A stretch of DNA of 64,000 bases. Source: Raillietiella orientalis (lineage: Eukaryota). A program made the position numbers and the translations under genes. Shown here piece by piece: positions 25,030 through 37,959 of the stretch. Under the pieces are notes generated by a model. That model saw only the letters and a list, made by a program, of their open reading frames with translations, was not told the origin of the DNA and ran no database searches. Each line of letters starts with the position of its first letter. Position 1 is the first letter of the stretch. Where the stretch lies: contig JAYWIR010000015.1 in assembly GCA_036172245.1 (NCBI GenBank), positions 2,542,001-2,606,000 of the forward strand, given 5' to 3'.

Positions 25030-25840
25030 CCGTAAAGTGTAATTTCTAAGTAATCTAATGAACCATCACAATAGAAATGAGTCCCCTTCTACTGGGAGTG
25101 GAGCAGAAAGTATCTTCCTTGAACAATGTTTAGAGCTCCCAGGAGAAATACGAAAGACTTCATTGGAAGTGTACGGGAGAGGTTAAGCTTGGAAGCATGT
25201 CTTCCGTTTACCCCAGGAACGAAATCCAGCCTCGTCAAAGGTATACCTATCGACAAAAAATTAGATGCAGAATTACCCTTTAGCGCCTACTGTGCAATCA
25301 AATTGGATGTCTCTCACCCTAAATGGACGCAATTCATCTCGAAATTCTCACCAAATCAAGTCAATTGCAAAGAACCAATCGTGTTAATTACGTGGATTAC
25401 GAAAACTCTGAGAGGAAGGAGGGAAAGCTCCTCGCTCCTCTGGTTTTGCTCGTTCCCTTTGGCAACGCGCAACAGCCTCGAATCGCCGGGTCGCGAGCGC
25501 CAGGTAGCCTTGGGCGCTGCGAAAAACCAGCCATTCTGTGTGTCGGAGGCGAGCGGCTGATCACACAAGATTTGTTTTGATGGGGCTCCAAGATGGCGAC
25601 CCTGCTCGATGATCTCACATTTCACTACCGAAGGACGGCAACTTCTTGAATCGCATCCGACACCTGCGCCCCCGCGCCCAACCGGTTTGCATGAGTCACT
25701 CGAAGCGGCGGGCGGTGCGGCGTCTTTGAGAGGCAGCCCCATGAGGTGATCATCATGTTGCATCCGGTTACGTTCCATGACGTGACGATTATCGAACGGG
25801 ATACCAGAGTCGAGCGATGAAGATGCTCGAGGCGGAAACA
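25030..25840 (-). mobile_element. Decayed LINE C-terminal region with possible RNase H start
   Basis: SCKPVGRGGAGV (cf. C.P...GG.G) and downstream THFYCDGSL (cf. RNase H IYTDGS) near 25055-25085. Confidence 0.35.
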
Positions 25841-26640
25841 TCCTCGATTAAGTGAGTGGATTGTGATTAATCACGCATAGGATTCCTCGGTACTATTGGT
25901 AATAATTTATTAGGCAGCTGTGATGAGTAATAGCTTTCGTTGGCAATATGACTGACAACTGTGCACAGTTAACTGCCAGCTGGGTGGTCAGCATTTGCAG
26001 ATAAACTTTTTCCTTCATCCCTTGACCGATGCCTGTTTTTACTACGGACAGCAAACAAAAAGAGCAGGCGCCGAAGCTGACTTCTCCAGCAATTGGGCCT
26101 CTTGCGACCGTTTCCTCACGGGAAGCGGAAAGATCGCAGAGCAGCACCGGTCATCAGTGCCCCTTGCTAAGAACCGACTATGCACCGCTCAATCCTGAAT
26201 CCTTGCCCCTCTCGCCCCGAGAGCACATTGCGGCAACACTCGTCCTGGGAGGGTGCGAGAGTGAATCTCTGAAGTTTCTCACCCAGTCACGCCGAAGCGT
26301 ATTTTATAAAAAATAAGCCAGCTGGGAAAAGTTTTCAACTGGAGACAAAGGAAGTTCAAGGGTGGGTCCACCGACACGCAGGTCCGGGCACCCTCTCCCT
26401 TGAAACAAAACAGGAGGAAACGGGGGAGGGGCGGAGAGCCAACAAAAAGAATGGAAAGCCGGGGGGTTGGGGCAGGGATCTTTGGGTTCGCTCCGTATGC
26501 ACTGGTATCAGTACACAAAAACCGGGAAAGTTACGGAACGAAAGGGAATAGGAAATGAGGAAAAAAATAACGGGAGACTAGGGACAAGGGTCACCAGCGT
26601 CCTTCCTTTCAAAATCCGGCGCTGGATGCCAGCGATCTCC

Positions 26641-26920
26641 TCCTTGTCTTCCTCTTGCGGCCGTCCTCATGTAGGCGACTGCCATCTCGGTGACCCTTCG
26701 CTGCGCCGTCTTCTTCGGCACATGGCGGGCCGTGACGACTGCACGGATGCGACCGATGGCTACGATCACCACTCCCATCGATAGTCCTCCCGGCTCAAAG
26801 AACCGTCGCAGCAGGTCGCGAGTTGTGTCCTCCTGGAGCAGGAGCACAGCACTATGGGGCTTCCTTCAACTGCGGACTTGCTCGTGCCAGACAGAGCGCG
26901 TCAGCAGAAGACCCTTTCTG
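26641..26920 (-). pseudogene. Possible degenerate histone H4 relic
   Basis: DTTRDLLRRFFE..IRAVVTARHVPKKT..VTEMAVAY..RQG versus H4 EETRGVLKVFLE..IRDAVTYTEHAKRKT VTAMDVVY..RQG; upstream LARASPQLK versus LARRGGVK. Gapped; could instead be LINE thumb sequence. Confidence 0.4.
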
Positions 26921-26989
26921 TTTTCTTGTACTAGCAAAAGTCTTTGTTCGCATCCTCGTGTGCAGGTTTTCGTTTCCAGCATCGCATTC

Positions 26990-27645
26990 TTCTTCCCCCT
27001 TTTTTCGATCGGGAATGAACAGAGAAGCAACGACGCATTTCTTTTCTGTGGGAAGAGTAAAAAATGAATCGAGGTCTAGTCGGAGTTCGCGAAGAAGTCA
27101 TGCAACTAGAAAGAATCAATATGATAAGAGGTGAAAGACCTCGAGACACGATCCACGCGCTGAGCACACTTCGATGTGCGGGGATGCTGGCAAAGGGACT
27201 CATCAGGAAACGACAGCATGCGGCAGAATTTACAAGAGAGTCCAAAGCAGGGATGCCCGATGCTGAAAGTACTAATTTGGGTGGCAACAGCAAGTGAGGA
27301 TGCGCGGAGGCTGTTGGAGGAGGGGCAGGAGAGGAAATACTGCGGAGGATATGTCAGCAAATAAATACCCTCCTATTAGACAGCTGACCAATCCATCGAG
27401 GTTAGCAGATGTAAGAGAATGAAGAACACTTACAGAACGCGACGTCTCTGGAGTAACCTCGGTAAAAGCGCGAAATCTCTACCCGGAGGCTGATCGTGAG
27501 AACGAAAGAAATTTCAGAGTATTTCGGACAGCGGTATCCAAGGGCTACAAAGGGAATCCAGAAGCTTGACGGAGTGCGCAGTAATTGGAGACGAGATTCC
27601 ACTCCAAGAATGAACTTCTTTCCAGACAACCACTTGCTCCTATTA
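26990..27645 (-). mobile_element. Decayed LINE RT, downstream half (left of the inverted-repeat element)
   Basis: ALRQASGFPL*PL (cf. G.RQG.PLSPL), YLFADI in the same frame, LVLSAS..ALDSLV..WIVSRGLSP. Confidence 0.4.
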
Positions 27646-29129
27646 CTGCCTTCAATCTTTGAAGCGATGAGTGCAGAAGGGAGGTTTCCACAGACAGTAA
27701 TGGAACAGACACGAGGCAGCGTCTTGTCCTAAGGCACCGTCTTGTCTTGCAGCTGCAGTGTCTCCCTGACTCCTGACGGAAGGGACTCTGAGGCGGCAGC
27801 ATGGGTAAATCTGTAATCTCCGTGAAGTGGGGGAGTAGCCCGAGCTTCTGAGTGATTCAGTGAATCACGTGGCTTCTCTGTGGTTTTTCTATCAGGGTGT
27901 GCCACGCATGCTTGCGATGAAAGTTCAGTCACTTGATGCTGACTTCCTTCGCACGGTTGCATCGCATGTCTTGTGGCCGACGACGATCTGCATCTCCGTT
28001 TCCGAGCATTCATTTGCTCCCATGCTTGATGACGCTTGTCTTTCTGTTTTAACTGGCTTCGCATATTCTCTGGCGCCCTTCTTTGAACTTTCCAGAAAGT
28101 TCTTCTGATGGAAATTCACCCGACTCGACTTATGTAGTAGATGTATTGCGAACTGCATTCTGCTTTGCTGCTCAGCGACCTGTGGTCTTGGCTACACATC
28201 GACGAAATACACAAACAAGTGCATTTGACATATGTCCTTCGAGGACGTCTGTGCGTTTCTTAGACTTTCCCATCCCTTTATTTTCGATCGATTTTGGCTT
28301 TGCGGAAACACACCCACTCACTAAGGTGACACGAAGAAGGAAGGGAGACTCCCGACGAAAGGACCTCTTCGGTTCTAAAAAGGTGAAATCTGAGACTTCT
28401 GTGACGCGCATTTCGCTCTCTTGGACTCCCAATATCAAACGCGGAGACGCAGCTTTTCCAGGGGAGGCAGAGGGGTTAAGAGGCTGAATCTTTGTCCAGG
28501 TACTCTCGTCTGTCCGGTCATAAATCCTCAAAGTCAAGAATCACATCTTCAGGGGTGCCTTGTGAGAGTAGTGTGACCGTTCAATGTGGTGATATGGTTG
28601 GGTCAAGTGCAGCTGATTCATCATGTTCTCTCCACTTGTCCATTTTTGCCGCTGCTGGCAGGGGGATGGCCAGCAGCAGGTATCCAAGATGAGGGAGAGA
28701 TATTCCTTGTTAGGGAAAGGACTTTGTTGGGAGGATTCACCTTCAATTCGAACTCTCAGAGTTCCGTTCGGGAACAGAGGGTTTCGTAGTTAAACAAAGT
28801 TTGCTCGCTCGACTTAAGGCGCTGAGCATGTTGATGCTCTTCTGAAAGTTCACCAGGCCTGAAGGCCAGCAGGTAGATGAACTCTCATAGGCCAACGAGC
28901 GAGTTCTGGATCTTGGAGTTTCAGTTTTGACATGAAGACTCCTTTTCCTCCCTTTAAGTGATTCACGAGATATGATGTGGGAGCCGAAAGAATGAGACTG
29001 CTCCGATCAGTAGTCAGGGAGAACTGCAGTTGCAGAAGATGTAAAGATTAGGACAGACGCTGCCTCTTGTCCCAATACTGTCTGTGGAAACTTCCCTTCT
29101 GCACTCATCGCTTCAAAGATTGAAGACGG
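27646..29129. mobile_element. TA-flanked element with ~140-bp terminal inverted repeats (non-autonomous, Tc1/mariner-like ends)
   Basis: 27646-~27790 is an imperfect reverse complement of ~28995-29129 (e.g. ttcaatctttgaagcgatgagtgcagaaggga / tcccttctgcactcatcgcttcaaagattgaa). TA at 27644-45 and 29130-31. No transposase recognised inside. Confidence 0.7.
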
Positions 29130-29131
29130 TA

Positions 29132-29790
29132 TTCACCTTGTACCACGATACAAGTTTTTACGTGCTAGACCACCTTGACGCTTCGTATCGTAGTGACCAG
29201 TATTTGCCTTACGCTGAAGCGGGAACCTTCAAGCTGTCCAGACATCAGTTCGAGATGTGCGTGTGTGCGGAAGATTCCGCGGGTGTTTCAAGGGGAATTA
29301 AAATGAAGCACGGAGCCGCTTCTTCCTCATCCTCTGTTGGGAGTGCATCACTGAGCCAGCCCCACAGAGTGAGAATGTGGACGAGTCTTCCTCGGGGGAA
29401 TTTCACAACCGTCTACCGAGAGCAATCTATGTGTACAGCGCAGGCTTAGGCATGAAAAAAGGCGGAGCTGGTGATTAGGCTCAACTGGGACTGATCAGCG
29501 AACGGGGGTCCAATCAGAAGGGGGGGGAACATGATCCCTTGCCAAGTCTTGTATCTTCACCCTTAAAGTGTCGCCATTGCGAGATAACCCATCAGAGCCA
29601 ATAGGCGATTCAGCCCATCGGCGATTCGCTCTGGTCTTCTTTCCCAGAGGAGTACGATCAAATTGTAGCCTCGTTTCTGGTCGTCCTCCTGATCCAGGTA
29701 CCCATTTCAAAACGGCAAGAAAGTGCAAACCACAAACCACTACACGGACTTCAGAAAACCAGGAAACACCCAGATCACCTAGAATTCTCA
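29132..29790 (-). mobile_element. Decayed LINE RT, upstream half (R4/NeSL-like)
   Basis: SPIGSDGLS (cf. KSPG.DG), DHVPPPSDW, NHQLRLFSCLS..RLLS (cf. NYRPISCL..KLL), FILIPLE..SAH..*CLDSLKVP (cf. ID..KAFDSV.H..CL..L.VP). Confidence 0.45.
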
Positions 29791-31242
29791 AGAGACACGA
29801 CCATGCAATGAACTGACTGCCTCGAACCTGCCAGCGTCTGACAGCCAGCTTGGGCTTTCATGTGCAACTGTGACCAATGGCATCTCATGTTCGTGTCCCA
29901 CGAACACGAATGCAAGATGCCCGATCAAAGGGCCAGCTACCGATCAGAGCTTCTGTGGCTTCTCCTGTTGCTGATGGTGGCGGTGGGCCACCAGGAATGG
30001 TAGAGCAGCAGCAGCAATGCTTATCACCCTCGGATAAATTGTTTACCAGCGTCGGTCACCGATGCGTTGGAGAGAATTCCACTTCCGCAGCAGCCGTACA
30101 CAGTGATCCCTTTTTTGAGCATATGAGTTGCGAATCGGTTTTAAGACGCTGTTAACTCAGAGGGAGCTTTTGAGGTAATTATGCGCGCAACAATCGGCCC
30201 CGTCACGAGTTGGTGTGCGCGCGACGCGCGCCAGAAGCTGCGGTGTGAAGCTGCGTCCTCGAACTTCCGGAGCAAAAAAACACCTGAAGCAGACTCGAAG
30301 GTGATCGATGTAAGTAAGCGGCAACTCCCGTCCAGCCTCCTCCATTAGGACCTCCGAGACTGCGCCACCTGAACCACGCTCAAAAGCGTCCCTGGCCACC
30401 CGTTGTTTCCGGAATTTTATTCCAAAGAGGAAGAATCTCGTGACCAAACTTTTTCAGGGACCCAAACGGGTTCTCGTGGCACCAGCCGTGCCAAAACATA
30501 TCTGCCACTGCAGCCGCAGCAGGAGTTCTGGGAACAACAGATAGAAAGAGTAGCAAGTGTCATCCAGCGTATAAAAATCAGCTTCTCGAGAAAGAAAAGA
30601 GGAAGGGTCGTTTCCGAATATCAGTTTCGTTTCATTTCCCTTATCCTATCCCCTCACGTCCCTATACCTCCCCTGAAGGCACGTGGCGAAATCATCGAAG
30701 AAGGAAGAGCTCTTCAGAGAGTTCGTTCCTTCTCCTTCCCATACCCAAGGTTCCTGGAATTTCCGAATGGATCTCGAGAAGAAGCAGTTGGTCTTGTAGG
30801 TCTAGGACGTCTTGGAGCGTCCCCTAAGATCAGAATAGAAGAAGTAATTCCTAACCATGGACAAACTGGACCAGGGACAATCAATCATGACACTAACCGG
30901 CGAAGGACGCGAACAATATCATCATCATCATCTTCTACTACTGCTCCATCCCCTTCTTCTCATCCATCTTCTATTTTATTTCATTTCATTTTTGTAGCTC
31001 AGTGAAATTTTTTTTTTCTTTTCGTTTTTCGAGCTGGTTTACAAAAGATATTTCAGACTCTTGGTACCGTGTAGGGAAAAGTGTCTGCAGGACGGATAAT
31101 CCTGTCTTCAAGAGGAAATCGCAAGAAATTTTCGGCCTCTTAGTCCCTTCCGATTTTCAAGCCTCTTCCTCCATCTAATCGCGATCATCACTCATGATCA
31201 AAGGGATTAGAGCATCTTCACCCTGGACAACTACAACGACCT

Positions 31243-31560
31243 CTAGGATGAGAGGAAGGTGCTCCAGCCAGTGCACAATATCTTTATCTGGAGGAGTTTG
31301 TCGGATCTTGAGGCATTTCCGGCTCTTCGCAGTGGTTTTTCTTTTCCTCTTCTCTGTGGAAAATGTGGCCTAGGCTGTAAGTCTCGGCATTCTGAAGCGT
31401 TCTGCCAATAGTCATTCGTATTTTTGTGTGTCTGCGTTTCGAGGTTCAACCTCGATGACACGTTAACGAGTCCGTAAGCACTCTGAATGCAGGAAAGTTG
31501 CTCCAGATTCCAGGAAACACCCAGAAACAATCGGTCTGATGGCAAAGCTGGACAAATCAC
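31243..31560 (-). mobile_element. Possible LINE ORF2 C-terminal remnant (I/R1-like)
   Basis: DYWQNASECRDLQP...KILCTGW (cf. W...W...L..P...L.TGH). Weak. Confidence 0.25.
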
Positions 31561-32979
31561 CCAGAACGCACGCCTTGATGGAAGCAGAACGAGACCGAAT
31601 CTTCTTGGTCCACGAGCAGTCGTCTCCTTGTCAGTGAAAGGAGGAACTCAGCAGCCATCATCACGTTGCTTTCCTCCTTACCTCTTCCTCCTCCTTCCTC
31701 CACTTCTCCTCGGAAGAGAGCCCCACCCGTCCGCTTCCATCTGGATTTTTGCGGAGCTGCTGCTGTTCTCCGTATGTCATCATTGCACCTTTGGGCGGAT
31801 GGGAGGATGATAAGATGACATGTTGGGGGCGCATGGGCGTTGCGCACCGATGTGGGCGGAGACTCCTCCGGGGTACACCCAGCCCCACGAGGGTCCATGC
31901 GCTCTTTGTCTTTTGCTTCCCACCGACACATTTCGTATGCCATCGTAATGAGGGAGGTCGGCCCCCTCCTCCTCCTCCCAGAAGGATATCCGGATCATCA
32001 AGAGTTCTACTTCTCCCCAGAGAGGTTTCCGAGCTCGCGGTCAGAGTGCCTTCCCCTCCTCATCGGAAGGCGGAGGGTCGATCGAACTACTCGGCTCCTA
32101 GACTGACGGAAACTAAAGAGTGAAGGCCCTACGGTCAGGGGGCATCTTTCACCAAGATGAAACCATACACGGAACCTACACGCAGCCAAGATCAGGAGAA
32201 GATCCAACTGGTTCGTCCCGATTGATCCCGTTCGAGGCCACAGGACCGGATTCATCATGTCCCCAGTATCCCTCTCTTTCGTGAGTCCCAGATCCTGCGG
32301 GAACTTCGACTCGCGAGAAACGGAGCTAAGGTTGTGGGAAGGCGGGTACTTGCTTTCGGCCACCCCTGCAGATCCCCGTTCTCTGGAAACCGTTGGAAGA
32401 GTGTGGAAGCGCCGTATCTCCCGGGCAGTGTGTAGGAGGAAGGGAAGAGTAAAGGAGAGAGGGAAAGAAAAAGAGATCTTCGCGGACCCTCCGGCAGGCA
32501 CATCCGGTACTTTTACAGGCTTCCTGCTCTCACGCTGGAGAATTCGAGAGGAACAGCAAGATCGGAACCTCGTCTCCCTGGAGACGTCGAGTTTCCACCT
32601 TCGTGAGGAACGGCGAACGTGAAAACAGCGAAGTATTCCTCTGCTCTCAAGCCGACTGTACCATCTTGATACGTGTACGATTTTGGCCAAAAAGAAGCAA
32701 AAAGGAAAAGACGGGAAGAGAAAGTCGCATCGTACGTGGGTCCAGGGTCCATGCTCAGCCCTGCCACGAGAGCAGCTGCTGTCTAGCTGTGGAGACGCCA
32801 GAATACGGAAGACGATGGGCTTGTGGAGTCTCTTCCTATCCCGAGGATCCTGGTCGCCGAACCGGGGCAATAACGGCACGGAGAGATGCCATGCCAGTCT
32901 GCACTTGATCGGCCAGCATCCTCGTCGGCAAGGAGGTCTCGTCTCATCACCGGTGACCAACTCATGAGTCGGAATGACG

Positions 32980-33774
32980 TTACGTGCAGCCTAGGCGGAA
33001 GCAGGTAAGGCAACGGAGGAGTGAAGGCATCACCTCCTTCCGAGAGGGTTGGCCCTTTGCTACTGAGCAGTCCCCTCCCCCCATCTCTCCCCCTTCCAGG
33101 AGACGCCTAGACTCCGGAGTCGAGCGACCTCTCTCTCCTCCTCGGGAGGGGACAAGGCCTCGGAACCAAGTGGGCGAAGACCGCGCGGTGGCACGAAAAG
33201 GAAGAAGCGGTAGAGCTTCAGGTTCTCCCTTTAAGCCACGCGCTGAGCCCTGCTCCGGCACCTTGGAGACAGCACGCCGCCCCGCGAATAAGTTAAGATG
33301 GTCCCAGCCACGTCCGAATCCGGGAGACGAGCACGGAAACCCCAGTATCCTCGTGCGGCAGAGGCTCCACTTCAACAGCTGAGAGAGGAACGGAGAGGCT
33401 TGCCGGAACCGAGGAGCCAGCGCGTTCCCCCACGGATGGCGCTTCGGGTCCTGACGCCACTCCTGCTCTCTCCTCCCGTGCATAATTCCGCGAGCCCTAC
33501 CTCTGACCCGAGGGGACTTTCGCAGAGGCAAGCGTACCGTCAGCAGACGTGCATGCGTCGAGGGAATGCGGCTGGTGACCACGAAAAAATCCAGGAAAGG
33601 AAGCTGCGTCCTCCAGGCAAGTCCTTGAAAGGAACGATCCGAGTCTTCGCCGGTTCCACAGGATCCTACAGCGTCCGGAAGGGCCCCCGCCACTGCGTGT
33701 CTTAAAGCACCAGCCCCATCTGCTGGTGTGGTCATGCGGAAATTCAGGCAAAGGAAACGCTTCAGTCGAGGCAA
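32980..33774 (-). mobile_element. Decayed LINE RT core
   Basis: One ORF carries FLDFFVVTSRIPSTHARLL (cf. FLD..KAFD.V.H.RLL), RFRQASPFLSQLL (cf. RQG.PLSPLLF) and DHLNLFAG (cf. HL.FADD). Confidence 0.45.
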
Positions 33775-34799
33775 CTAAATCTTCCTGCGTAAAAGAAATG
33801 AACGTCGGAGACTTCCGAGACGCCTTCCAGCTTGCGGCCTAGCGAAGCGTCACGGACAGCGAAGAGCGAGGACCGCATGGGAAGAGCGACCGCCCCCTTA
33901 GGCGAGGAGCGAACCTCCAAAAAGATTGGGGTCCCTTTCCTTCGTTGCGAGGGAGTGGAAAAGATCTCGAGCATCGTGATAAAGGAGACGAAAGGAAGGA
34001 GGGCGTCGTCGACGGATTCGGAGGAAAAAGTACACCGAGGCGAAAACGGGAGATGCCCGAAGTGGCTTTACGGTGAAGACCGGTGGCGGCGAAAGCTCTA
34101 CGGTGAAGCGAGGGCGATGTTCTCTCCAAGCATCCCCGTCGAAGTTCTACTCAGCACACCCTCAAGAGATGAGAGTTCTGACCCTCTATTAGTTGTCAGG
34201 AACCAAGAACACCTCAGGCGTTCCAAGAGTTCACCGGTCAGTGCATGCAAAGAGGATCCAAAGAGCAAAGAAGGAGCTCTTGGAATGAATCCAGCGTCTT
34301 TCGCCAGACTCTGGAAACTGGGAGGAATCCCAAGGGCGCATTCTTTGAGTAGGTGAGGCGCCACGGACCTCATGACAAGTCTCTAGACCCTCGATGAGCT
34401 CCCCCTCGCTGCTGGAGCCGGAAGAGTTGCAAAGAGATGAGGACAAGCGGAGCTCTGGCAACCTGCATTCGACTCACACAAAGCATCCGAATGCGTAATA
34501 AATACGAATCATCTTCCGGAGCTCCCGGATCTTCCTGTGCCTCGAGGGCTCCTTCCTCCCTTTTGCAAGTGTTTTAGCAGCCTCCAGGAGCACGACATAC
34601 CGGCGAGGAGTGAAGATCAGTTGAAGGGGATTTCCTGAAACCGCTGCTCTTCAGCATCTACTTCGAGTGGCGTTGGTGCCCAAGGGCGTAGAGAACCTAC
34701 CGAGGTTCCGCTCTCTTGCACACCGTACACTAAACACGCTGTCTCCTTATGCGAGTGCGATCGTGAATTTTGTCCTCTTTGGCACGCGAGCCCTTCCCA

Positions 34800-35460
34800 C
34801 CCTTTTTCCTTCCTGCGGCGGATCAGCTCAAAGAATTCCCTGAGATGATCCGTTCTGAGATGGACGTGGACAGCAGGAGAAGTAGGTCGCCCGCAAAAAC
34901 AGGCACGGGCGGAGTGCTTCTCTGATTACCCCCCCAGGACGTCCTTGGTAGTGAAAACGTAGTGCGGGAACGCCTTAAATTTCAGTAACGATGACGGCCA
35001 ACGTCTTGTTCTTGCAAGGTCGGTCGTGGCTCATCATTTCGACAACAAATGTCCGATGAGACCTTCATTAGGTTCTAGAATTTGGCTGAGAACGCTTGCG
35101 ACATTTTGAGAGGTCACGAGACGAGGCACTTCCGGATCTACAGAGAGCCGAATTGATTCCAAATGGCCGACCAGCGACTTCCTCATGGTTTTCCGCAGCG
35201 AGTTACCCTTTCGGATGCTTTCGAGACGGACCGTCCATTGTGCGCTCTTCGCGGATCGTGCCGCATCTGCCTTGGGATGAGGATTCGACGAGATTGCAGC
35301 CAGTCTCCAGTCTATGGCTCTCAGCATAGGAAAAGATGATGCTGCGAAGTCTGGAGCTAGACCCCGATCTCGCCCGTCATGCCGGTGATCGTTCGCACGG
35401 ATGGCGAGACCTTTGATCCTGGATTTACCCTCTCTGAGGTTGGCTACTGCAGCCACAGCG
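34800..35460 (-). mobile_element. Decayed CR1-like RT N-terminal half
   Basis: AVANLREGKS, IDWRLAAIS..PK, TVRLESI..SLRKTMRKSLVGHLESIRL (cf. PVSLTSI..KLLE.I+...LV.HLE..L), SQILE, DLAR..LLKFKA, SQGIL, in CR1 order. Confidence 0.7.
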
Positions 35461-36249
35461 CTTTATTCACTTTTCGTTTCGCCTGCTCGCCAGGCATCAC
35501 CCAGGTGATGATGTCTCACGGTGCAAACAGCAGGATACGAAGAGCGAGAGTTCAAAATGACTGCTTATGCAATGCGCGGGAAGGAGGAAGGAGGGGGAGC
35601 GGTTCAACTTGCGAACTAAAAAACGCACGCAACAACACATCCTGATGCCTCAGCTCTGCAGCGAAAACTTCCACTAGCTTTTCCCTGCTCGTGCAGCCAC
35701 CCACCCATACGTGCTGCCGTTTCCGAGCGGTGAAGTGTCGCTCCACAGCTATGCCTTCACCTTCGTCGGCTGATGACGTTGAGGTCGGCGGTTTTTGTTG
35801 TCGGGGATGATCGCTGCGAATGGGCCGCAGGGAAATCCCTCATCCATGCAGGGGTAGAAACTCAGGTCTTCCTAACCGTCCGTCGGCACGCCAAAAACGG
35901 TGTGTGCTCATTTGCTCACACCCCAAGGAAAACCAATGGGAGAACCAGTGATACGTATCTTTCTCTCTTGTTTGTTTGTTTGTTTTCGTTGGTAGCTTTT
36001 TTTGTCCCTCCTTCCCCGCATGCTTGTGCTAGAACGAGGAACATTTTTGAGAATAGCAGTGAAGGTTCCCTCGTACTCCAAGTTTGCTCCTGCGTCATGA
36101 CTCGGAAGCGGAAGCGAAGAGTCCACGCTACCCTCGCAACGGCAGGGCTTCCCGACACTCCCGTCAGTGGAATCTTCGAGATCCACTTCAACGGAACTCT
36201 GGTACATGCCATCATTTGTTTTTTCAAAGCTGGCGGTGACTAGAAGGAA

Positions 36250-36657
36250 GTAGTGAACTCCACGTGGCAAGCTACCGGCCGGCACGCACACCACAGCGTG
36301 ACTGCTTAGCAATAGCTCCCTGAATGACACCTGGAACTCAAGTGTCGGAAGTCCCGCTTTCGGATTCTGGATGGCCCTGACCACGAGCTGAAGAGATTTG
36401 GGAAGAAAAGGAGTCGAATAAGAACAGCCGTACTCACGAGACGGTGAACGCCCTGGAGCACTGCCGTCACCACAGCTGATTCTGTAAAGAATAGGATGAG
36501 CCACACGGGTCGGGCACAACCTCAGCGCCATCCGTCGTCTGCAGATAATAGGAAGGCATCTGCTCGTCCAGAGCATGATCCAGAAGGCTGTTCCCTGGAA
36601 GGCGAGTACAAATAAGACGCCAAGATTGCTGATCCGGCAGAGTCCCCTTGAATCCAA
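36250..36657 (-). mobile_element. Decayed CR1/L2/Jockey-like thumb region
   Basis: ISNLGVLF (cf. KDLGV.F), ILYRIS..SPSREYGCSYSTP (cf. LY...RP.LEYG...W.P), VRAIQN. Confidence 0.55.
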
Positions 36658-37099
36658 CTAGAAAGAGGCTCGGGGAGCCCACCGTGCTTCACAACCGCGC
36701 GAGTTTCTTTCCGTACACAAGATGCATCTCTCAGGATCTTACATGGGAATCATAGAGAGAAAATCCAGAAACAGGGAGAGAGTCAGGCTTCTTAGCGGGA
36801 CTGGCTCCATCTCTGGGTTCTGCACCGATCCTGAGCATCCGCTCGCTCGAAGGAGGAAGGAGCTCTTCGGCTCTCTCTTTGGCGTCATGCAGAGAAGGCT
36901 GGTGGTCAGCCGCGGTTTATTTTTCCAGGACCTATAAGTTCTGTTCCCGAAGGTGGAGGGGAGAAGCGAAACTTCGGACTTCGGAGGAAGTGGTCTTTGA
37001 AGAGCCTCGCGCAGTTGTCCTCCAGTCACTCCTTTATGTAGTTTACTGTACTTTTGGAATTCAATCAACATACAAGTGAGGAGTCGGAGTCAAAGCACA

Positions 37100-37700
37100 A
37101 CTTGGGCATGGGTGGAATTCCACGCAGGTCCAAGCTATTCAAGAGTGGCTATCAACTCTCACGTCTGCTGGATCACATCATGGATGATGATAATTGTTGT
37201 GAAGTGTTAGGAGAGGATCACTGATGATTCCCATGTGGGTCTCTGTATCCTCTGGATAATTCTAGAAGGCTGTTCCTTCCATTTTTTCAAGTGGAGTCTC
37301 CTTGTCGTTTTCTTTAGCATGGAGGTAGCATTCCGGGGATAAACTTCCCAGTCGTGTTGTTGCCCTCTCTCCGCAACGCGCTGTACCGTTGCCATGTTGT
37401 GGATGTGGCAGTAATGTGTCTCAGGCAGATGGTTTCATTGAGAGCGGGCGTGCCTTAGCAGGCGAATCTCCAGGAGTGTCTTCCGGAAACAGGAGGAACA
37501 CCTTGGATGTGGGAACCGCAGCCCATAGGCAGGTAAGGAGATGATTCGAAGTCCCTCGGCATCTGGCTTCGTTCTTGTTCGGCAGCGCTGGTGAGCATTG
37601 CGTCGGAAGCTCTGGATGCGAGAACAGCGTCTTCCGTGTGCTGTCTCCTGGGAGGGATTGTTGGGGTCTCAAGGAGCCTGAAGAAATCGGGCTGCAAGGA
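37100..37700 (-). mobile_element. Possible R4/Dong-like C-terminal remnant
   Basis: PYLPMGCG (cf. LYLPR..GG), RLHLKKWKEQP (cf. W+.KP.HG), ISDPLLTLHNNY (cf. QDQ...T.NY). Weak. Confidence 0.3.
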
Positions 37701-37959
37701 ACCGGCTCCCTCAAGCGAGCACCAGATGGTCTTTCAGGGTGATTTCGACTCTTTTTCTTTTCAATAACGGAAGTGGCTCAACGTTGGAGGCTGAAGATCT
37801 TCGGCATCGAAAGCTCATCTAACGATGAAGGGCTTGAGACATTAGCTTGGTTCGCTGTAATCATTTTTTGTGAAGAACAAGGAAAGAAAAGAAATGTGCA
37901 ATGAAGGAAGCTTGTTTCTATGCGATGGCGAGAGCTCAAAGAACGGTGATTGGACCACC

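Noticed and set aside
25020..25420. Possible 5' 28S rRNA fragment, or the 144-aa plus ORF 25126..25560 as a gene
   Set aside because: Only scattered rRNA similarity. The minus strand gives LINE/RNase H-like motifs, so the plus ORF is probably a shadow frame.
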